64,000 bases of DNA from a virus. Position numbers and translations under genes: made by a program. Shown one piece after another: positions 26,475 through 36,047 of this stretch. The stretch spans positions 46,124 through 110,123 of IMG/VR virus record IMGVR_UViG_3300020601_000007. The stretch is one strand, 5' to 3'. The notes beneath the pieces were generated by a model, which worked only from the letters and a program-made list of their open reading frames with translations, ran no database searches and was not told where the DNA came from. Numbering within the stretch: position 1 is the first letter of the stretch; each line of letters starts with the position of its first letter.

Positions 26475-26903
26475 TCACCCCACATACAACAGGTGTCGCT
26501 TTCCTGACTTGAGTGAGCGTATCATTTTCTTTACGAGTTTTTCAAGTTCTCCACCAATCAATTCTCCTTTGGAATTCACCGGCTTCTTGAGCATTTTTTC
26601 AAGCGACTTCGCAAGCGATTTCGACTCCCTGACATTGAGCGTGACGGTGAGGTGTGGCTCTTCTGTTTTGAAGTGTTTCAGAACAGTTGGGAGCACATAG
26701 CGGCTCCGGAAATCAACCACATTCGGGAGCGAATTGCAGAGGGCGTAAATCCATTCCGAACAGGCATCATACACCCATTCATCCACATTTTGGCCCCTCA
26801 TCATGGAGTCTTTGTTCTCAAGGATTTCCTTGAGGACGTAACCTTTCTTCCCGATGAAGTCGTTCTTCTTGTCGATGGTGTAAAGTTCGATGTCGTATCC
26901 CAT
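26475..26903 (-). CDS. Hypothetical protein
   Basis: GGAAGTGA RBS before ATG 26903. Confidence 0.6.
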   Translation of the reverse strand: MGYDIELYTIDKKNDFIGKKGYVLKEILENKDSMMRGQNVDEWVYDACSEWIYALCNSLPNVVDFRSRYVLPTVLKHFKTEEPHLTVTLNVRESKSLAKSLEKMLKKPVNSKGELIGGELEKLVKKMIRSLKSGKRHLLYVG

Positions 26904-26907
26904 GCAT

Positions 26908-27183
26908 TCACTTCCTGCTGTTCCCCAACCACCAACCAAGCATGGCGAAAATTGTGTCAGTTGCGATGTTCACTGGACTGTCCATCACAGAGCGGTCCCA
27001 CCCGATTGACTTCAGAACATTGGAGCCACCTTTGGTGTTTTCAACAATTTCACTGGCGGTGTGGATACCCAAGGTCTGCACTGCTGAGAAACCGGTCTGC
27101 GCCAAAACGATACCGGCAGCAAAGTGAACAAACGACCACTCATCAAGCGCAGCACGGTTTCGACGTCCGAAGAGTTCCATCAT
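26908..27183 (-). CDS. Small membrane protein with putative intramembrane metal site (DUF2585-like)
   Basis: DEWSFVHF..EIVEN..DSPVNIATD spread over three hydrophobic segments. Confidence 0.6.
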   Translation of the reverse strand: MMELFGRRNRAALDEWSFVHFAAGIVLAQTGFSAVQTLGIHTASEIVENTKGGSNVLKSIGWDRSVMDSPVNIATDTIFAMLGWWLGNSRK

Positions 27184-30100
27184 CGCACCCCTGCTTCAAC
27201 GGCCAACTTGTTGTCTGGCTTGCCCGGACCGGTGGACGAATCAGCACCAACGACAAACGCATAGACGCGCCCTGCCGCCCACTGATGTTGCTGAACACCC
27301 GGCCTGTGACCCACGCGCCATGCTGCGAGCCCCTTGTCGTAAATTTTTTCCAGAATCGACTTCTTGATTCCTGTCTCCTTGCGGATGCGGTTCAGAAACT
27401 TCTGCTTGGAGGAACTGCCGCTTGGCTTGTAGTCCTCGTCGATGTTCTTCCGGTAGAGCCGGTAATATTTCTCCTTGTGCTTGGACGGACCGATTTTCAG
27501 ACCACGGGCTGTTGCCTTGATGTCGGACTTCCAGAACTTGTATGCTTCCGGGTCGTTGACGTCGTATTTGTAGCCCTTGTCAATCTCGTCTTCCGCAATC
27601 ATTTTCTCCAGTTTGGTCAGTCCCTTGAGGTAGCGTTTGGGGAACTTTTTGCCACCGGGTGTGCGGGGGTTGCTGAACAGACTCCCCAATGAATCAAAAC
27701 CGGAACCTTCGTCATCATCATCCTCTTTCAGGCGGGCGATGATTTTGGGGTGGTCAGACTTCCTCCATTCGTCGAACCACTTGATTTTCCGCTTGTCTCC
27801 GGGTGGCGAGAATGTGCCGTCGATGATTCTGCTCGAGACTGGAATGGCCCCAATGGGTTTCCAAGTTTCCGACCACGCTTCGATGTCTGCCTCTGTCCAT
27901 CGTCCAGAGCGAATGTCCTGCAAAATCGTGTCCTCAAAGGTGCCAAGGTATTTAATATTCCATGGCATGATGTTTCCTTCGATGATGAACTCCTCATGTA
28001 GCACCCCGACCTCGTAAGGAACAGGCCTGAACTGTTCCGGGTCAACTTTCACTTTCAGCATCACCATGTTGGCGATTGCTTCCTCAAATTCTTCTCGTGT
28101 GGGCATCCGGTCCCGCTTTCCCGTGTCAAAAAACATCCCGTCGATTTGACCACCCATGACCCACGCTTGGTAGGGAGCATCGGGGTAAAAGAGGAAATTG
28201 AAATCAGCAGTGAGCCCCTTCTGCATGATTGAATTCAAGTTGTTCTTGTGCGTGAAGTGGTAGCCGAACTCGGGGATTGGCCTTGGGGGGTTTGCCATCG
28301 AACCCATGAAGCCTGAGTCGAATGAAACGAACGGTGTCACCTTGATAGGGAGACCGGGCTCGAACGGGTCATCTCCGCCAAAGTCATCGCCCATTTCACG
28401 GAAGTAGATGTTCCCAATAGGAGACCATCGGAATCCCATCCTTTCAATATTCACCTCGTTCATTTCCTCTTGAACAAAAACCACCTCGATACCAACACCG
28501 TGGACACGCTCAAGGTATTCTTTGGTCTGTGCAACCAGCGGGCGGTATTGCTCGAAGAATGGCAAGTCACCACGCGCGACCTTGTATGCCTCGTATTGCA
28601 CGTCGGGGAACATTTTCCCCTCAATCTCTTCCATGCTCTGTCCCATTCGCCTCCTGACCACCGTCTTCATCAAAAGTGCACGGGGGAGTGCTTCGGCGTA
28701 GTAATCACCGACCTTCTCTGCGGGGATTTCCAAAAACGGGGAGGGGGGATTGGGTGCGACTGGGTCAAAAGAAATGCCATTGATGACATCACTCCATGTT
28801 TGGTGTTCTGATTCGTATAGGTCTGAGGATTCACCAATATCGCCCCAATCCAGTTTCTGCTCTTCAGAGTCAATCAACCATTGTCCTGCGTATTCAACAT
28901 GTGTTGATGTCGCTGGGTCGTCTCGATAAGAGTAGCGGCCTTTCCTGTAATGGAAGCCTTTTCCTGCTAACCCCTTGACACGCTCAATGCTCATCAAGTT
29001 CTCAGCAGAATCAAAAACAAATGTGGCTGTTTCCTTGAAATCATTTTCACTTAGACCGTGAAAGGTTTCGCCCGTAGGCAGGTTCTTCTTCATCCAAGCG
29101 TATGTTCGTGGAGCCTTTTCCTCCAGTTTCGCAAGTCCCTCTCCGATGCCGGGGATGAAATACACGTTATCGAACTTGAGCGAGCGTGCTGAGATTTCCT
29201 CAAGGTCCTCCTTCATTTTCCTGATGTTCTCACTGTATTCATCGTCTGTGTAATATGCGGAAGCAAACCTGCTTGGGGACTTCTTGGTTCGGAACCCGAT
29301 GGCGTTTGGCTCGTCGCGAATGATGGCCTGCCCCTTCTTCCCCTTCCTTTGGTCGTTGTCTCCGAAAACAAACAGCGTGTCGGGCCGAGAACGAACATGT
29401 GCTGGCGTGATTTTTTCCGGGTGTGGCTCGAGTCGGGGCTTCAGGTCAGAAAAACCTCCGATGAACTTTCCGTTGACGAAAATAGCCGGAATGAACTGAT
29501 AATTCTCAGTGAGGGGGCCGATTGTTTCTTGATAACCAGACACCTTTTCGATGTCAACATACCGGTGCTTGAGATTCTTCTTCTCCACCAGTTTCTTCGC
29601 TTCCTTGCACCACTTGCAGTATTCCGCCCCGTAAATCGTAATTCCCTTCTTCAATGGCAGCGGCACAGGCTTCGGCGGATTCGACAACTGCGTGATGGAG
29701 ATGGTCTGGTCAGTGAGCCCCGGAGCGTAGGAGGCATCTGAAGGGAACCATGGGTTTGGCCTCACCTCAGAATTTTCGAGTAGGTATTGGAGTCCGAAGT
29801 GCAGCGGCTGAGGGAAGTCATCGAGAGCAAACCACTGAGCCCTCTCGGTTTCCCAGTTCAGCGTCGGTTCAAATTCGTCTTCGACCACGGCCAAGAAGTT
29901 GTGATACCTGAACGTGCCACTCTCAAAAACAACCAGTGGAACCATTTCAATTGGTCCTCGGTAGCCAGCCTCCTCGGTCAGTTCTCGTCGGGCTGCTTCA
30001 ACAGGGACTTCACCCGAATCAATCGCCCCGCCCCAGACACCCCATGTCCCGGGTTGTTCAACGTGTTGGGACCTGAGCGGCAGGAGGTAGCGCCCCGTCT

Positions 30101-33100
30101 TCTTCGCAACGACCAGACTTCCTGCGCCCTGACTCCCCCAGAATCCTGTTTTTTCCAGAGTCTCCTGATGCTCATCGTCACTGGTTGGGTTTGCCACTGC
30201 GGCTTGACCGACTTCTTTGAGGCCCCAATCATGAGCCCCCAACGAAATGTCCATTATCTCGGGCATTGAGTCGGTTGGCTCCTGCTGTGCTTCCTTTTTC
30301 TTCTGCTTTTTCCACTTCTTCCAGAAAGCAGCCGTCCCCCTTTCTCCTGTCATCATTGGTTTGAGTGTCCACAACGCATGCTCCACGTGCGAGTCACGCC
30401 ATAAGCCGACTTCCTTGGCAGGCTTGAGTTTGGTCATCCCTCCCAACTCGGTCTGGTTTTTCTTCACTGCTTTCATGAATTTTACCATCACAGCCTCCAA
30501 CATTGGGTAGGCTCGGTTGTATTCTGCGTTTGCCTGCTCCCACTGTTTCCATGCGGTTTTGTAGCGGCGTTTGTCTGGGTCTTTCTGGCTGAGCAATTCT
30601 TTGCGAACAGCATCCAGCCTGAACCTCATGCTATTCATCGCAACGGCACCAGACAGTTGCTCAAGAGACTCGCTATCGAAGTATTTGTTCCCCGTCCCCC
30701 GTGGGCCGTCCTCCCACCACCAATCAATCAGGTGCATGCTTTTGTCCCCCACCAAGAAATTCGGTGGGTTCCGGTCAGGCGTTAGGCCCATTCCCACCAC
30801 GTCGATGTAAGCCTTGACAAAGCGGTCAAAGACTGGCTGCTTGAATTTGCTAACCTTCCTGAGATATTGAATCGTCTGCTTCATTTGGAGATGTGGTTTT
30901 TCCATCCCCCGCCACAGAGAGGAACCAACCGGCAGCAGGTCAGGAAGCGGCTCGGCATCAAGGCGTTTCATGATGGTGTGGTATCGCTCAACCTTTCCAT
31001 CACCGAGCCCGTAAAGAGGGAAGCCAAACAGTTCTGAAGCACTCTTGGGCCATGGCGGGTATTTGTGGACGATGGTGTGTGTGCTGGGAAACACTGGCTT
31101 GCTCGAACCCTCCTTGCCTGCCAACCACTTTTTCATTTCTCGGTAATATTCTGGGCTTGTGTTTCGGTCCACTTTGAACACAAAGTCTGTCCCGGGGATG
31201 TTGAATACGGTTCCGAAAGCACCAGACCCAACCAAGTTCTTTTTGAGGACCGAGTTGATTGCTCGTGCTGCCAAGTCGGGCGCCTTCAGCATTTTCTTTG
31301 GTGGGTTGGCTTTGGTGTATCCAGCAGTGTGAGATTTTTCGGGAGGGTTCATTTTCACTTCTGTTTTGCCCCACTTGCGCTTCTCTGTCATACCGACCCA
31401 CGGGACGTCGGGACAGGGCGACATACGCTCGTAGCCGTTCTTTCGTGCCCACCGCCAAGGGTCATGTCCCCAAACCCACAGGGAAAGGAGGCGGCGTGAT
31501 GGCTTGGACTGCGTCTTCTGTGCACGGACAAGGGGGCCTTTGCGCTCCTCAGCATTCGGATTGTATGGGAAGGCACTCGTCCGCTTGACGAAACGGACCT
31601 GACGCTTGCACCAGTCCCAATCGGTCTCGCCCTTGAGTGGGTCATCAGATGGACCTGTCCACTTGCTCAGTGCTTTCTCGTAGTAGTCCTCAATGATACG
31701 AGGACCGGGTTTGATGTAGTCCTTCGGCCCGGTCAAACCGAGTTTGGCTCGCATTTTCAGGATGCGTCGGCCACTGACACGACCACTCTTGATGTTGTTC
31801 CAGTCTTTCGCTTGCTGCTTGGAAAGGCCAGCCTTCTTGCCCAGTGGTGAATCAAGGAAGGCTTTCAGTTCCTTGTTCTTCATGTTGATGAGGTGAACCC
31901 ACTCCTCGAACCAGTCGAAGAGGTCTTTGGGGTTTTCAAATTCATCGTCATCATCAAATGATTCCTTCGGTGAAACGAATGCGAAATAGGATTCATTCAC
32001 ATTCCAAACATTGACAGGCTTTACCGCTGGGTCGGTCCATGGCTTTTGGTATCGTCCTCCTAATCCCTCGAGCCCGAGATATTTCTCCCGGGCCTTCTGG
32101 TCCAACTTGTAGAATTCGACTTTGTCCACCTTGACCGTTGAGTCGGAGAACATCCTCACTTCACTTTCTGCAATCCCGAATGTGACGTTGGCCAGAAGGG
32201 TTCCGAACCAATTGACGTCACCAAAGGGAACGGTCCCCATGAGGAAGGCGATTCGACTGCTTGGGTGGAATTTGAACTGGCGGCTCATGGCCCCCCCGAA
32301 TTGGTCAGCCCCGTCTCGTGCGTTCGACCAATACAAGCCGACCCCGTATTTATTCCACAGTTCATTCAGAATTTCAGGAGGCTCTGATGTGAACATGGCC
32401 CGATACACCTTGACACGTTCACCACGGAACTTCTTGAGGTGTTCTTGAAAAATGTGCTCGGCAGCGTTTGCTGGAGAGACTCCAGTGTATCCCCAGCCCG
32501 CCAACAGTTCCCTGAACATTTTCTTTCGCCTTGCGATAATGTCCTTTTGCTTTTGAGTTGCTTTGGATGCATTGAAATTGGGGGGAGGCCTTCCAGCGAA
32601 TCGCCAAGCGATGTTGTCAAGGAGGCCCTTGTAATCGGCAGAAAGGATGACGTCCTTCAAGCGGAGGCCTTCCGGGGGGTTCGCCTTCGCTTCAGGCTCA
32701 ATAAAGGTGTTCTCGGTTCTCCCGAGGGAGTAGCCCAAGGAAACCGGAGATACGTCGTAAGGGACCGGTTTCGCACCACGTTCTCGGACTCGCCCAGCCG
32801 AATCAATATACGTGCCGGAGTGATTCCGAACAACCATGGTCTGCCCCAATTTGTTCGCTGATGTTTGTGCGAAATCGAACGCTTCCGCTTTTTCATAGAA
32901 ATAGCCAACGTATTGCTTGAGACTCGGTGGTGGGGGAGGTGGTGGGCTTCTGCTACGCTTTGCGGGTGGTGGGGGAGGTGGGGGTTGAGGATTCGAGATG
33001 AAAGCATCGAGAGAAAATCGACTCTCCTTCGCTTCGAGTTCTGCTACACCCTCCACCGGAACAAGTGCCTGAAGTGGCGGGGGGATGACCTTCGTTTTCG

Positions 33101-36047
33101 GTGAACGAAGGTCTGCGCGAGTTTTGGGGGATAAAGTGGAGCCTTCTGGTAGTGGGCGGTTGTCAGGGGAAGTGACAAAGGCAACGTGAGTGCCAGCATC
33201 AGTCGTGCGAATCACTTGCTGGTTCCATTCAATCAGCCTTTGACGCTTTGCTTCATAAGCCTCATTGTTGTTCTCAAAAAGCGCCTCCAGCATGTTGAAT
33301 GGCACTCCCGCTTTGCTGTTGAAAAATTCATTTTTTCGAGTGTGTCGCTCGAACTCGCTCATCTCATTTAGGGCGGGTTCAACCACAGCGAGAATTTTCG
33401 ACTCGTGCACGCGAGGATTCGTCAGAATGTTCCCCATGCTTTTGGCCATTTTGTCAAACAGTTGCTCGTATGAACCACTCTTCACCGTGACGAACTGGTC
33501 GAAGGGAATGCTCTTGGCTTCAGCGACTTGTGCTGCTCCCTCTTCGGCTTGCTTCTTTGCTTCTTCCAGCGACATGCCGCCACGGCGCATGATGCGCTGC
33601 ACCATCTCTTTCCCAGACACATCGGGCTTGAGAAAAATGGTGTAGGCCTGTGGGAAGACCTTCTTGTAGGCTTTCACCCCTTTCAGGTCTGCTGAAATCA
33701 CGTTGACGGGGTAGTTGAAATCAACCCACCTGCGCCCGTAGTAATGTCCGTTCTCTCGGAGAGCCCACTCAACGAACTGGTCGCTCTCAATCATCTGCTC
33801 GAACTCGGCCTTGCTGGTGAAAATCGCATCGACGCCGTCTTTTTCTCGTGAGCGACGGGGGCGGCTGGTGACTTTGATTGGCTCACCCGCTACCTCGAAC
33901 TTCTCAGTCATGTGTCGGATGAGTGTGCTTTTGCCAGAGCCGGTTGGACCGCTGACGATGACCAGACCGACCTTTTTCGCTTTCCGTGGGTTGATGCGAA
34001 TGGCAGCCTCCACTTTGTCAATGACGATGCGGTCATCAAAGCCCTTCAGGATTTCCCCGACTTCCTCGTAAATCGTCTGAGCGACTTCTGCACCGAAGTC
34101 ATCGACTTGATGCTCACGCTTGATGCTAACCCACAAAGAGGAAGTTGCAGGAATCAAGCGGACCGAAACATCGACCCCGTCGGGAATCATGCCAGTCAAC
34201 GCCGGGAGGGTGTCAGTGTTGAACTTGAAGTATGCAGTGGACCCACCCTGTCGCTCACGAAAGACCCCGTCGAGATTGTCCGTGAATTGCTCAAACGAGG
34301 CTCCGACCAAAGCACTGCTGATTTCTTTGGTGCCGTAATCGCCCTGCCAATTGATGAACATCATGGACGGGCGGGGGTTGGGAAGTGGCTTCTCAAGGAA
34401 TTTTTTCAGTTTCTCCACAAGCCCGCTCATGGCCCACTCCTTGTATGCTCGGCCATCACCCTTGAACTGAGTAGAATTGCGGGCTTGCTTTGCATAGTCA
34501 GTGAACATGTGCGGGTGATGCGTCACAATGTCTGCCATCTGCATGATGAGGGCGACACCGTAATATTCGCCGACTTGCGTTTGAAAGAAGTCGTCGCTGA
34601 TGTTTCGTCGCCCAACATCGGATTCCAACATCAACGAAACGATTTCCTCGAATGCATGGGGAACGTCCAGTGCGTCTGCGATGAATTCGTCCCACATGTA
34701 TTTGCCTTCACGCGAATGGTGTTCACCGTCCTTTTCACGCACCTTCCCGATGTCATGGTAAAGAGCCACCGTGTAAAGCAGGTCAAGGAAGGACCAGTTT
34801 GCAGTGATTCGCTGATTGAGATACGCTCGGGTTTTCTTGCGGAGTTCCGAATCGAAGCCGAGTGACTCCAGTTTCCACAATCTGCTGATTCCCCTGCTGT
34901 CTGGCTCGAAGTGATGACTCAGCCAATAGTAGACGTAAAGCGTGTGTGCGAACTCATCTCCACCATAGTGAACGTAGTCGTAGTCAACTCCCTGAAGGTC
35001 GGTGAGCGAATGGTGATGGTATTTGCCGGGGATGGTTGGCTTTGTCGGGTTGGGGAGCGGATTGGCTAAAGGGCCCTCGTCCCCCTTCTTGTATTTCGGA
35101 TTGACGAAGTGCTGGTAGGTGATTTTCATCAGGCCCTTGTATTTGTCATTGAACATCCGCACCATCTCAGCGGTGACCAAGTTGCAGTATTCGACAGGGC
35201 CGAGGCTATCGTCGTCCTTGTATTTCATTTCAGCCTGCTCAATCATGGCGTCAACATCGTCGATGAAATGGCCCTCGTCAATGTCGAGGTATTCATCCAC
35301 CTTCTTCTTCTTGACATCAAAGCGGAAGTAGTCGATTCGGTCTCGCATCACCGTGTAGTTGTGCTTCACGCCCGGGGCGAATGCAAGGTCTGCATAGAAT
35401 TGAATATCGTCAGCGGATGTCAGGGAGGGCTCGTCCTTTGATGGGTGCGTGTGGTAAAAGGCGACTTCATTGTCTGGTCGCTTGTTGATTTTGATTTTGG
35501 GCATGATGAGCGATGCACGACGGTGGAACACCTTTCCGTTGGAGGTGGCCCACCCGTAGGACTCACCACTGAACGAGACGAAAGACCACAATTGGTCAAG
35601 GAACTTCTTGTCATTCAACCGCTTGTAGGGGAATTCTCGGAATACCTTGTGCGGGTTATGCGTCACCATGTCGTTCATTTCTTTGGTGAAGTCGCTGGCC
35701 GAAACGGGGTTCTTGAGCACACCGTCGAAAGAGAGGTGTCCTTTCGCAATCGTGACACGGCCACTTGGATTGGAACGAACCGTTGTCACCTCATCACACA
35801 TCAACTTCACCGGGACGACCCGTGGGCTGCTGAAGGAACGTGTGTTTGTTGGGACCGTGGCCGTCCGGTCAATGAAATGACTCATCGCTTTTCGAGCCTG
35901 CGAGCGAGAGACCTTTCCGTTGAACATGACGAACCACGTGCCGTTCTCCATGTCCAAGGTCGCTTCCTTGATGTCGAGGCCACCCAACACAGACCCGCTC
36001 TTTGGGAAGCGCGTGTATTTGCGGACGACAGAGGGGGGCAAGTTCAC
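27180..36047 (-). CDS. Giant polyvalent protein (2955 aa): JAB, HD, guanylate kinase, ART-like x2, DUF3140, protein kinase, NUDIX, glutaredoxin, DUF5824-like and unknown modules
   Basis: Motifs: YHTHPS..S.DD; YHDIGK..HH; GPTGSGKS..TSRPRR..E.DG..GHYYG; VYRA..YWS..ESEV; INMK..SGRRIL..WGHDP; GSGAFGTV..FKV..DRNPPN..ID; GG.IDSGE..AARRELTEEAG; CKWC..IPAIFVNGKFIGG; FVFGDN; YHFT..SI..KGL; GLAAWRVGHRPG..WA..RV. Confidence 0.88.
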   Translation of the reverse strand: MNLPPSVVRKYTRFPKSGSVLGGLDIKEATLDMENGTWFVMFNGKVSRSQARKAMSHFIDRTATVPTNTRSFSSPRVVPVKLMCDEVTTVRSNPSGRVTIAKGHLSFDGVLKNPVSASDFTKEMNDMVTHNPHKVFREFPYKRLNDKKFLDQLWSFVSFSGESYGWATSNGKVFHRRASLIMPKIKINKRPDNEVAFYHTHPSKDEPSLTSADDIQFYADLAFAPGVKHNYTVMRDRIDYFRFDVKKKKVDEYLDIDEGHFIDDVDAMIEQAEMKYKDDDSLGPVEYCNLVTAEMVRMFNDKYKGLMKITYQHFVNPKYKKGDEGPLANPLPNPTKPTIPGKYHHHSLTDLQGVDYDYVHYGGDEFAHTLYVYYWLSHHFEPDSRGISRLWKLESLGFDSELRKKTRAYLNQRITANWSFLDLLYTVALYHDIGKVREKDGEHHSREGKYMWDEFIADALDVPHAFEEIVSLMLESDVGRRNISDDFFQTQVGEYYGVALIMQMADIVTHHPHMFTDYAKQARNSTQFKGDGRAYKEWAMSGLVEKLKKFLEKPLPNPRPSMMFINWQGDYGTKEISSALVGASFEQFTDNLDGVFRERQGGSTAYFKFNTDTLPALTGMIPDGVDVSVRLIPATSSLWVSIKREHQVDDFGAEVAQTIYEEVGEILKGFDDRIVIDKVEAAIRINPRKAKKVGLVIVSGPTGSGKSTLIRHMTEKFEVAGEPIKVTSRPRRSREKDGVDAIFTSKAEFEQMIESDQFVEWALRENGHYYGRRWVDFNYPVNVISADLKGVKAYKKVFPQAYTIFLKPDVSGKEMVQRIMRRGGMSLEEAKKQAEEGAAQVAEAKSIPFDQFVTVKSGSYEQLFDKMAKSMGNILTNPRVHESKILAVVEPALNEMSEFERHTRKNEFFNSKAGVPFNMLEALFENNNEAYEAKRQRLIEWNQQVIRTTDAGTHVAFVTSPDNRPLPEGSTLSPKTRADLRSPKTKVIPPPLQALVPVEGVAELEAKESRFSLDAFISNPQPPPPPPPAKRSRSPPPPPPPSLKQYVGYFYEKAEAFDFAQTSANKLGQTMVVRNHSGTYIDSAGRVRERGAKPVPYDVSPVSLGYSLGRTENTFIEPEAKANPPEGLRLKDVILSADYKGLLDNIAWRFAGRPPPNFNASKATQKQKDIIARRKKMFRELLAGWGYTGVSPANAAEHIFQEHLKKFRGERVKVYRAMFTSEPPEILNELWNKYGVGLYWSNARDGADQFGGAMSRQFKFHPSSRIAFLMGTVPFGDVNWFGTLLANVTFGIAESEVRMFSDSTVKVDKVEFYKLDQKAREKYLGLEGLGGRYQKPWTDPAVKPVNVWNVNESYFAFVSPKESFDDDDEFENPKDLFDWFEEWVHLINMKNKELKAFLDSPLGKKAGLSKQQAKDWNNIKSGRVSGRRILKMRAKLGLTGPKDYIKPGPRIIEDYYEKALSKWTGPSDDPLKGETDWDWCKRQVRFVKRTSAFPYNPNAEERKGPLVRAQKTQSKPSRRLLSLWVWGHDPWRWARKNGYERMSPCPDVPWVGMTEKRKWGKTEVKMNPPEKSHTAGYTKANPPKKMLKAPDLAARAINSVLKKNLVGSGAFGTVFNIPGTDFVFKVDRNTSPEYYREMKKWLAGKEGSSKPVFPSTHTIVHKYPPWPKSASELFGFPLYGLGDGKVERYHTIMKRLDAEPLPDLLPVGSSLWRGMEKPHLQMKQTIQYLRKVSKFKQPVFDRFVKAYIDVVGMGLTPDRNPPNFLVGDKSMHLIDWWWEDGPRGTGNKYFDSESLEQLSGAVAMNSMRFRLDAVRKELLSQKDPDKRRYKTAWKQWEQANAEYNRAYPMLEAVMVKFMKAVKKNQTELGGMTKLKPAKEVGLWRDSHVEHALWTLKPMMTGERGTAAFWKKWKKQKKKEAQQEPTDSMPEIMDISLGAHDWGLKEVGQAAVANPTSDDEHQETLEKTGFWGSQGAGSLVVAKKTGRYLLPLRSQHVEQPGTWGVWGGAIDSGEVPVEAARRELTEEAGYRGPIEMVPLVVFESGTFRYHNFLAVVEDEFEPTLNWETERAQWFALDDFPQPLHFGLQYLLENSEVRPNPWFPSDASYAPGLTDQTISITQLSNPPKPVPLPLKKGITIYGAEYCKWCKEAKKLVEKKNLKHRYVDIEKVSGYQETIGPLTENYQFIPAIFVNGKFIGGFSDLKPRLEPHPEKITPAHVRSRPDTLFVFGDNDQRKGKKGQAIIRDEPNAIGFRTKKSPSRFASAYYTDDEYSENIRKMKEDLEEISARSLKFDNVYFIPGIGEGLAKLEEKAPRTYAWMKKNLPTGETFHGLSENDFKETATFVFDSAENLMSIERVKGLAGKGFHYRKGRYSYRDDPATSTHVEYAGQWLIDSEEQKLDWGDIGESSDLYESEHQTWSDVINGISFDPVAPNPPSPFLEIPAEKVGDYYAEALPRALLMKTVVRRRMGQSMEEIEGKMFPDVQYEAYKVARGDLPFFEQYRPLVAQTKEYLERVHGVGIEVVFVQEEMNEVNIERMGFRWSPIGNIYFREMGDDFGGDDPFEPGLPIKVTPFVSFDSGFMGSMANPPRPIPEFGYHFTHKNNLNSIMQKGLTADFNFLFYPDAPYQAWVMGGQIDGMFFDTGKRDRMPTREEFEEAIANMVMLKVKVDPEQFRPVPYEVGVLHEEFIIEGNIMPWNIKYLGTFEDTILQDIRSGRWTEADIEAWSETWKPIGAIPVSSRIIDGTFSPPGDKRKIKWFDEWRKSDHPKIIARLKEDDDDEGSGFDSLGSLFSNPRTPGGKKFPKRYLKGLTKLEKMIAEDEIDKGYKYDVNDPEAYKFWKSDIKATARGLKIGPSKHKEKYYRLYRKNIDEDYKPSGSSSKQKFLNRIRKETGIKKSILEKIYDKGLAAWRVGHRPGVQQHQWAAGRVYAFVVGADSSTGPGKPDNKLAVEAGVR

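Noticed and set aside
27180-36047. Inteins explaining the giant ORF
   Set aside because: No C/S...HN-C/S/T splice junctions or LAGLIDADG motifs were noticed at the module boundaries.
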